Source: Lama glama
Taxonomy: Eukaryota
NCBI GenBank assembly: GCA_028534125.1
Contig: CM052817.1
Location: 32,676,001-32,736,000, forward strand
Direction: 5' to 3'
DNA length: 60,000 nt
Part shown: positions 51,371 to 60,000 of the stretch, one piece after another
Layout of the letters: each line of letters begins with the position of its first letter
Numbering within the stretch: the stretch's first letter is position 1
Made by a program: the position numbers and the translations under genes
The notes under the pieces: generated by a model
The model's input: only the letters and a program-made list of their open reading frames with translations
The model's database searches: none
What the model was told of the DNA's origin: nothing

Positions 51371-53079
51371 TAGTGTCTCAGTGAACTGAATTTTTAATTT
51401 ATCTTGAATATAAATAGCCATGTGGCTAGTGCCTACTGTATTGGACAGTGCAGATTAGAACATCTTCATGGGAAGTTCTGTTGATAGAACTGCCCTGGAA
51501 GACATCTGGAGGCCAATACCAGATACTTCATTTCATAATCACAAGCCACCCTGAGCTTACTGCGGGACTGCTCTTCAAAAATATCTGTGAAATCTTTTTT
51601 AAAGAAATTCAGAAGACATCTTCTTAAAAATAGGTAAGACATCCAGCTCTTTTGACCTTGCACTTTTAACAATGAAAATATTATTTCAGGTGTAGGAGAG
51701 CCTCAAACTTTGGGAGACATTTCCTGTGATCAGACACCATGAAATACATATCTCCAACTCACAGGGAAAGATTCCTGCTGTAATACCATCACCTGCAGTT
51801 TATTATCAGCTCTTTTCCAAGGTACTTACCAACTCTCTCTTAGAGGGCTCTCCTGGGCCATCACTAGTTGTGTTGGGAGAACTTGCCCTCAGACAATCAG
51901 AGGTCAGATCTGGCTACTGTGTGTAAGGGATTCCTCAAACCATATTGTCTTGTTGACATTTTCCAAGTCAAAAGACACTGAAGTCTTCTGACTTGTAAAA
52001 TGATACATACGTACTTACTATGTCCTTCACGTGTTCCTTTTTAAATCAGGTGTATGTATTTCTCCCCACAACACTGGCATTTGATAATTGTTTCTTTTCC
52101 AGTGTCTTGTGTTTCCTAGTCACTGTGATGGCTATTTTACCATCAGTTTCAAGACTCGAATATAGCACAGGGCTTTAGTCATGATCTAAATTTCCATTGC
52201 CACAATAAATATCTATTGAGCACTTACTCTGGGAGATGCCCTGTGCTAGGCCCTGGAGAGCAACTCTGACAAATAATGAATAATAGTTACCATTGAGCAT
52301 CTACTATAGTCCAAGCATTTGCATTTGTTATCTTTAATGATCATAACACTGCAAGGTAAGTACTGTTACCTCATTTTTCAGATGATGAAACTAAGGTTTG
52401 GGGCAGGGGGGTGGTTAGGTTCCTATAGTAATAAGTGCTGAGCTGAGATTGAAGCTATGAATCCCACCACCACCACCTCCACAAGACTATCAGACTTAAA
52501 AGGGGCTTTGTTTCCTCTTGAGGAGCATATGATCTCGTAGAGGAGATGAGCACACAATAACCACAACATCCAGCAGAACAAACATTACAAAAGGGAGAGG
52601 GAAGAAAGCACAAACAAATGAAGGTTGGCACTGAATCCTACTGGCAAGTCTGAAGGATGTTATGGCTGAAGCCAAAGTGGGAAATGAGCCAGGTGGCCAT
52701 AGCAATTTGGTCTTGTAAATGTCTCCTGAAATGCTTTCTCCTCCATGAAGTCCCTCTGGAATGAATGATCTGAGGAGAAGCAACAATCTTCCTTCTCCCT
52801 CTCCTCAGTCCTCAGCCAGGCTTTTCTCTGACCCTACTTCTGAAGAGGTGCCATTGCTAACATGTGGCCAGTGTCCTCTTTAAAAGGACAACTCTCCAGT
52901 GACCACCTCAGAACCAGAATCTGTCTGTGCTGGGCTGCTTTGAGACATCCTCCAGAGCAAACATCCAAGTTAATGTGGAAGACTTGCAAAGACTTGGCCC
53001 TTTAAGAAGACCCTGTGAATGTGATGGCTGGATCTCTAGCTGCTATTTTGGACCATAAGGATTAACATCATACCCTATA

Positions 53080-53546
53080 TGTTATGGGTTGCATTGTGTC
53101 TCCCCTAAATTCATTTGTCAAAGTCCTAACACCCCAGTACCTTAGAATGAGACCTTATTAGAAATGTGATATTACAGGGTCATTGCAGATGTAATTAGAT
53201 AAGAAGAGGTCATATGGAAGAAAAAGGAGCCCCTAATCCAAAATGACTGGTGTCCTTATAAAAAGGGGAAATTTGGACACAGACACACACTGAGTGATAA
53301 CCCTATATGAACATGAAGATGAAGGAAGAGATGCTTCTACAAGCCAAGGAATGCCCAAGGTGGCCAGAGAACTACTAGGGGAGAAAGCCTGGAATAGATG
53401 CATCCTTCCAGCCTCCAGAAAAAACCAACCCTGTCAGCTCCTTCATACCAGACTTCTAGCCCCAGAACTGTGAAACAATACATCTCTGATAGTTAAGCCC
53501 TCCAGTTTGCAGTACTGTGTTACAGCAGCCCTGGGAAACAGATACA
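53080..53546 (+). mobile_element. MLT1B/C LTR
   Basis: tgttatgggttgcattgtgtctcccc...tgttacagcagccctgggaaacagataca, with TG...CA ends. Confidence 0.85.
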
Positions 53547-53657
53547 CTAATGATGACAGAGAAATGAGGTGGAAGGAATCTGAGCCCCAAGAACTGTATG
53601 GAACACAACGTCAACATCTGCCTTGGTCCTGATAACCACCTGCCTTGTTTAAGGCAC

Positions 53658-54417
53658 TGTGATACTGTGGTGTATAAGAAATACATTTTGGATCTTTGTC
53701 CCTCTGGCACAGAGCTCCTAAAGTCCTTGGAATTTCTTAAGTGTGAAAGTGGCATGTTAATGAGGTGGTTTTTTTGAAAACACCTAGGGATGGGGTTGCC
53801 TGAGGATCCAAACATATGATTAGAGGGTTGGAACTTTTAGTCCCCTCCACACCCCAAGGAAGGAGAGGGTCTGGAGGTTGACTCAATCACTAATGGCCTC
53901 TGATTCAATCAATTGTGCCCGAGTCATAAAGTCTCCATTAAAAACCCAAAAGAGGGTTCAGAGAGCTTCTCGGTTGGTGAATGCATGGAGATTTGGGGAG
54001 AATGGTGACCTCCAAGAGGGCATAAGAGCTCTGCCCCACTTCTGAATACATTGCCCTCTGCATCTCTTCTACCTGGCTGTTCCTCAGTTATATCCTTTTA
54101 TAATAAACCAGTAATCTAGTAAGTGAAATGTTTCTCTGAGGTCTGTGAACCACTCTAATTAAGCAAACCCAAGGCTAGGGGCATGGGAACATCTGATCTA
54201 AGCCAGTTGGTCAAAAGCACAGGTAACAACCTAGACCTGTGATTGGCATTAGAACTGGAGGACAGTCTTGTGGGACCGAGCCCTTAACCTGTGGGTTCTG
54301 ATTCTATCTCCAGGTACCTAGGGTCAGAACAGAGTTAAATTAGGGGACAGCCATCTAATGCCTGAGAATTGCTTCCATGTGTATGGGAAACCCTCACACA
54401 TCTTAACTGGTGATCAG
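53658..54417 (+). mobile_element. MER21-type ERVL LTR
   Basis: tgtgatactgtg...ctggcacagagctcctaaa...ataataaaccagtaatctagtaagt... Confidence 0.8.
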
Positions 54418-55186
54418 AACCTTAGGCTCTGTAACTGCGCCTCTGTTACTTGTGTTCAGACCAATCCTGACGCTAAGGAAAACACCCAAACTCCTCGTGA
54501 TGAACTACTAAGCCCGGGAAGATTGGGCCCCTGACTTCTTTCCTGCCTTCGCCCTGAGGACCCCACATGTTCGGTCACATGGCGACACTACTTTACTCCT
54601 GAAGCCCTCTCTTGACCTCCTTCCCTGTGCTTGCTTCTCCCTCTTCTGGTAACGTCTTTCTTATCCCGGTCTCTCTGCCTGCGTTCTTTCTCATGCTTCG
54701 TGGCCTGGTCACCTCTTAACTCAGGCTTTTCATTCTCCAGAATCCCTTCCCTGACGTCACCAGGATTGGTTTCCGACTCTGTGCTCCCAGTGCTTCCTGC
54801 CATCACAATGTTGTTAATGACACTGTAGATTACAAACAGCTTTTAGAGTTCAGCACCTGGCCCATCGTAAACACTCATTATGTCTTTGTTCAATGATGAA
54901 GGATCACTAGGGGTTTTCCTTGGCCCATCTATGGGAAGATGTGTTCTGAATCTCTAAAAAAAAAGATTTACATTTGTTTTGTTTTGAAGAGCAGCCCAAC
55001 AAAAAATTTAAAGATGGCCTGTAACTATGACGTGAGGCCTCTGGAATCGGCTCTAAATATCTTCTGCAGCAGTGCTATCCAGCTTCCTGTGAAGATGGAA
55101 ATATTCTGACTGTGCTGTTCAATGTGAAGGCCTCTATCCACCTGGATATTTCAATTTCAGTTCAATTCAATTAAAAATTCCGTTTC

Positions 55187-55711
55187 TTAGTAGGTTGAAT
55201 AATCTCCTCCAAACAGATCCACATCCTAATTTCCAGAACCTATTAATTGTACCAGAATCTATTAACTGTACCTTATATGACCAAAGGGACCTTGCAGATG
55301 TGATTAAACTTAAGATCTTGAGATGGAAAAATTATCCTGGATTATTTGAGTGGGCCCTAAATGTAATCACAGATGTCCTTATAAGGAGACAGAGAGAGAT
55401 TTGACTGCAGAACAGAAGAAGACAGTGTGACAGCTGAGGCAAGAAGCTTCAAAGCCAAACTTGGCTTTGAAGATGGAGAAAGGGGCCTTAAGCCAATGAA
55501 TGCACAGAATGAAGCTCTAGAACCTGGAAGAGGCAAAGAAACAGGCTGTTCCGCAGGGCCTTGAGAAGGAGCATGGCCCTACAGACACCAAGATGCTGGC
55601 CCAGTGAAACTGACTTCAACTTCTGACCTCCAGAACTTTTAAGACAATGAATGTGTGTTGTAAGCCAAGTAGTTGGTGAAATTTGTTACAGTGGCCATAG
55701 GAAATTAGTAT
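55187..55711 (+). mobile_element. MLT1D LTR inserted in a MER3/MER33-like element
   Basis: aaagggaccttgcagatgtgattaa...tttgttacagtggccataggaaa. The flanks continue the MER3-like sequence (ctcagtagcactagccacatttcaag). Confidence 0.8.
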
Positions 55712-56498
55712 CCTCAGTAGCACTAGCCACATTTCAAGAGCATATTTCTGGCCAGTGCAGTGCTAGAATCCTCTGCTTGGTGAGGAAGCATGTCTCCTGG
55801 AAAATACATCTGTCAGAATTTAGAAACTCTAAATATTAATAATATGCCACGTGCATCCAGTATGAATTTATGATATAATTATTATGCAGAGGAAAACCAG
55901 GCTAAGGAAGCTTACCTCTCTTCCGTGCAAGCAGATCATCAGGACAACAGTAAATCAAGGCCTTTCTTTGACACTATGATCCATTTCTTTCAAACAGTCA
56001 AGCCACTTTATAAATGGCATCATTTTTTCTCATGAAAATTGACACCGAAGAGAGTTGCTTCACTTCAATCTGTCTTTCTCTTTGAAACACCGGAAACATC
56101 AGCAAGTCCAATACAAATGATCCTTCTCTTGCAAAATGTCTCGCTTAATAAAAACGGTGATCTTGACGTCTCAGTTTTGTTTGCTGTGTACATGTGCGGT
56201 CCAGGCAGGAGCACATCAAAGGTGTGAGGGCGAAAGAGACTCACCTCTGATCTTTGCTTCAAAAGGCCACACTCACAGCAGCCTTCACGGCATTGCCTCG
56301 CAGACTTCAGCCTTCCACCTCAACCTTTCTGCACACGTGGGAAGGTTTTATAACAGTTAACAATTGTTAGGAAAGTGAAAGAGCTACCTTCTTCGAAAAT
56401 GGTGTGGAGAGAAAAACCACCACCAAACGAACTCGGTCAAGGCTATTACTAAATCACTCTGTTCTATCCCTTAACGTCAACACTCTAAACCCGCGCGT

Positions 56499-56645
56499 GG
56501 GGGGAGAGAAATAGCTCAGTGATAGAGCAAGTGCTTACCATGCGTGAGATCTTGAGTTCAATCCCCAGCACTGCCATCAAAATAAATAAATAAGCAAACA
56601 AACAAACAAACCTAATTACTTCCCTGCCCAACAACAAAAAGAAAC
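56499..56645 (+). mobile_element. Vic-1-type SINE
   Basis: tagctcagtgatagagcaagtgcttaccatgcgtgagatcttgagttcaatccccag followed by an aaataaataa...cctaattac tail. Confidence 0.8.
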
Positions 56646-56689
56646 CAGTTGGAAAAGATGGCTCATAATTCACCACTGGCAACTTTTTT

Positions 56690-57190
56690 GTTCAAAATTT
56701 TTCTCTTGTTCTAAAATATACATTAACATAAAATTGACCATTTTAACCATTTTTAAGTGGACAATTCAGTGGCATTAAGAAATTCATACTGTTGTGCAAC
56801 CACCACCACTATCCATTTCCAGAAATTATTCATCATCCCCAAACTGAAATTCTGCACCAGTTAAACAATAACTTCCACCCACCCTTCTCTCAGCCCCTGG
56901 TAACCTTTACTCCACTCTATGTCTCTATGAACTCATGTCTTTATGATTATTCTAGGAACATCATATAAGTGAAATCATGCAGTGTCTGACTTACCTCAGG
57001 CAGCATGATGTTTTCAGGGTCCATGCATGTTGTAGCATCTATCAGAATTTCATTCCTTTTTAAGGCTGAATATTCCATTGTTTGTATATATCACATTTTG
57101 TTCATCCGTTCATATCCATCAATGGGCACTGGGTTGTTTCCATTTTTTGGCTATTGTGACCAATGCTGCTATGAACATTGGTGTAGACAA
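56690..57190 (-). mobile_element. L1MB-type 3' end
   Basis: ttttaagtggacaattcagtggcattaag...cctttttaaggctgaatattccattg. Confidence 0.8.
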
Positions 57191-59035
57191 TGGTATATTT
57201 TATTAGTGGGCTATGCAAACCTATTAACCAGAATTTGTGCTGGATGAGAAATAGGTATGTCTTTCTTAAATTAGTGATTATAAAACTTGCCCATAAACTA
57301 GAATCACCTGGGGGTGTTTTTAAAAACTCCCAATGCCCATGCTGCACCCCAGACCAATTATATCAGATTATCTGGGAGTGAGACACAGGCATCAGTATTC
57401 TTCATAAATCTTACCAGTTGATTCCAATGTGCAGCCCAGTTGGAGAACCTAAACAGTTGACTAGTAAACACTATTTCACCTAAAGTATTTTCCCTTTACA
57501 GTATCTAAATCACACTTAGAGTTTCCATACTTCCAATTTCAATTTAGCTGAATTAAATTTATCTTTATATTTTTGAGATCTTCCAGCCAGAACACTTACA
57601 CATATAATTTAAGTTTGGAAGGGGGGGAGAGGAATCATAGATCTACCTACCATTATTACAGAAGTGTTTGCTTCTATCAGCAAAAATGAACACATTCAAG
57701 AATACAAAAATAAACCTTTATATAATTAAATCTAATAATAAAAGTAGACACATTTTCTTTAATTTCAGCTCTAAAAATTAGCTCCCAGTAATACAATTAT
57801 TTAATATTTTTTGAAAATTCCATGCTAATGTAATAATACATAAAAAGAAATCACTATTTGCCAGTGATGCAATTGCTAATCCTAGAAAATCCAAAGGAAT
57901 CAGGTTTAAAATAAAAAATCCTGGAGGTATAAAAAAAGGTTAAATGGCAAGAAAAAGATAAAAGTCAATAGGATCCTTGTATAACCAGTCATGACCAGCT
58001 GAAAAATAAGAGATCCAATTTAAAACAGCCACAAAAATATATAATACTTAAAACAACAAAAGATATAGTGTATATTTGTTTAGTTATAAACCATACCAGG
58101 CAATGTTCAGAGAGTGGCTTGTAGAGCAGGCTGCTTAGTGCTAATCCTGGCTTTTACCCTTAGTAACTATGGGAAATTGGGAAGTTATCTAATCTCTCTG
58201 TGTCTTAGTTTATCCATCTGTAAAATGTAGATAATAATAGTGTCGACCTCATAGAGCTAGAAAGACTATATGAGTTAAAAATGTAAAGTGCTTATTTAAA
58301 TGGTCCCTACTCTATCGTAAGTACCATTTCTGTGCTAGGTTTTAATTTTATTACTGTGAGTTTTTTTGAAGAAGAAATTGGAAAGATGGAGAACTATGAC
58401 ATGTTCTTGAATAGAGTGAGTTTACAGGCATAAAGAGAGGGGGACAGAAAATAAATATTGAATCATTGAGTGCGTAAGAAATGAATTCTGAAACTTGAGA
58501 CTAAACATCTTTATGGGTCTCTTTTCTAATTTATAATTACATAAATGTGAAAATATAACATTTTGATTTTAATGCAATTTCAATTAAATCTAGAGAGAAT
58601 TCTAAATATAAAGAAAAAATATTTTTAATGGAAAAAATAATCGATTCAAATATAAAGGAAGATCTGAAAGAGAAGGGTTATTATCAACTTTTACAGTAAA
58701 TTATGCAGCAATTACAGAATAGTGCTGGTAAAGTAGAATTCTATTTCAGTGAATAAAAATCCAGAAGCAGACACAACCCTAAGTGGAAAAAAGAAACAGA
58801 AAATATGGCCGTGCAAGAGTTTTCAAAATCAAAGGGATAAAGGAAACTAATAAATACATTTTGATAACCGGATAGAAATTTGAAAACTAAGTAGTTCATA
58901 GACAAGAATTTAAACATAAAAGCTTAAATTAATGAAGAATATTATTAGGGAATGATTTCTGAAACACATCCGCAGAGGAAACATCAATTTCTCTCTGCTT
59001 TGAAGACCTCAATAGAAAAGGGTATTTGAAACAAG

Positions 59036-59203
59036 TTCATACTTACAGTACAGGGAACTATATTCAATATCTTGTAGTAACTTATGGTGAAAAAGAATAT
59101 GAAAACAAATATATGTATTCATGTATGACTGAAGCATTATGCTGTACACCAGAAGTTCACACATCGTAAACTGACTATATTTCAATAAAATATACATATA
59201 TAA
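59036..59203 (+). mobile_element. Young L1 3' tail with TSD
   Basis: acagggaactatattcaatatcttgtagtaacttatggtgaaaaagaatatgaaaac, flanked by agaaaagggtatttgaaa / agaaaaaggtattcaaa. Confidence 0.75.
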
Positions 59204-59617
59204 AGAAAAAGGTATTCAAATATATATTATAATTTTAAATAGCTGTAAAATGGAAAACAAAAGCACAATAACAAAATAGAAGTTTAAAATGCAAGTATGA
59301 CATACAGTTCATCCATCAATTCTCCCCACCTCCACTTCTACCATCTTGGCCAAAGAATCTCTTACTTTGACCTCTGAAATAGCCCCTCCTGGAACTGGTC
59401 TCTCTGCCTCCACCCTTGCCTTCCTAAAAATCCATCCTCTGCATGACAAGCTGAGTGATCCTTTTTAAAGCTCCTATGACTGAGTCAACTTTCACACTTA
59501 GCACTCTCCCTTGCTTTTCCATGGCTCTTAAATTTAAATCCCCAGTCAAATTCACGAGGCCCCACGTGATCACTCACCTCCCTTCAGTCTCTATCCTTGA
59601 ACTCCCCTACCCGAGTC

Positions 59618-59696
59618 TTTTTTGAAATTGAAGTATAGTTGATTTACAATGTTGTGTTTCAGGTGTACAGCAAAGTGATTCAGCTATACATATATA
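59618..59696 (-). mobile_element. Short L1 3' tail with TSD
   Basis: attgaagtatagttgatttacaatgttgtg, flanked by ctacccgagt / ctacctgagt. Confidence 0.7.
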
Positions 59697-60000
59697 CTAC
59701 CTGAGTGTTGTACCAGCTGTTCCCTCTGCCTAGAACGCTCTCTTTAAAGTTTAAAGCAATAATAAATACATTTGTGAAGTGTCTTTCTGTATGTCTGGCA
59801 CTTTCTAACACTTTAGACTGTAAATGAAATACACACAGGAAATCAGGAGAATACAGCGGGTCATCCCAGATTAAATGGTTTATAGCTTTCTCCCTAAGGG
59901 AAATAAAGAGAAAGTTTTCCATCAGTTATTAGACAAGGCTAAATACCTAAAATGTACTCTTTGAGGCAAATTTAAAAGATTTCCAGAGGCCTGTGCACAT

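Overview
Mammalian genomic DNA, very likely camelid: it carries five copies of a tRNA-Ala-derived Vic-1-type SINE. It is syntenic to the human USP46-DANCR region. Minus strand: the 5' end of USP46, with coding exon 1 (20174-20209) in a CpG island, an alternative TATA-driven first exon encoding MNCFQ (17636-17650), a 19-kb intron 1 and coding exon 2 (1022-1102). Plus strand: the lncRNA DANCR (3 exons, from ~40.8 kb), hosting a MIR4449-like hairpin in intron 1 and SNORA26 in intron 2. The most unexpected element is a third, orphan CpG/NF-Y promoter at ~48.6-49.2 kb. On the minus strand it points via a good donor/acceptor pair into a frameshifted mariner transposase DNA-binding-domain sequence resembling GVQW3 (46443-46766), followed by a poly(A) signal at ~45.0 kb. 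This may be a dead domesticated-transposase gene convergent with DANCR. The USP46 leader also has two strong-context uORFs ahead of a weak main start, and a junction-spanning Met12-Gly (MGTNAS) start that could give a myristoylated proteoform. The rest is ordinary interspersed repeats (L1, L2, MIR, MLT1, MER21, MER5/58/102/113, Tigger). Gene and repeat identifications come from recalled sequences, not database searches, and repeat boundaries are approximate.
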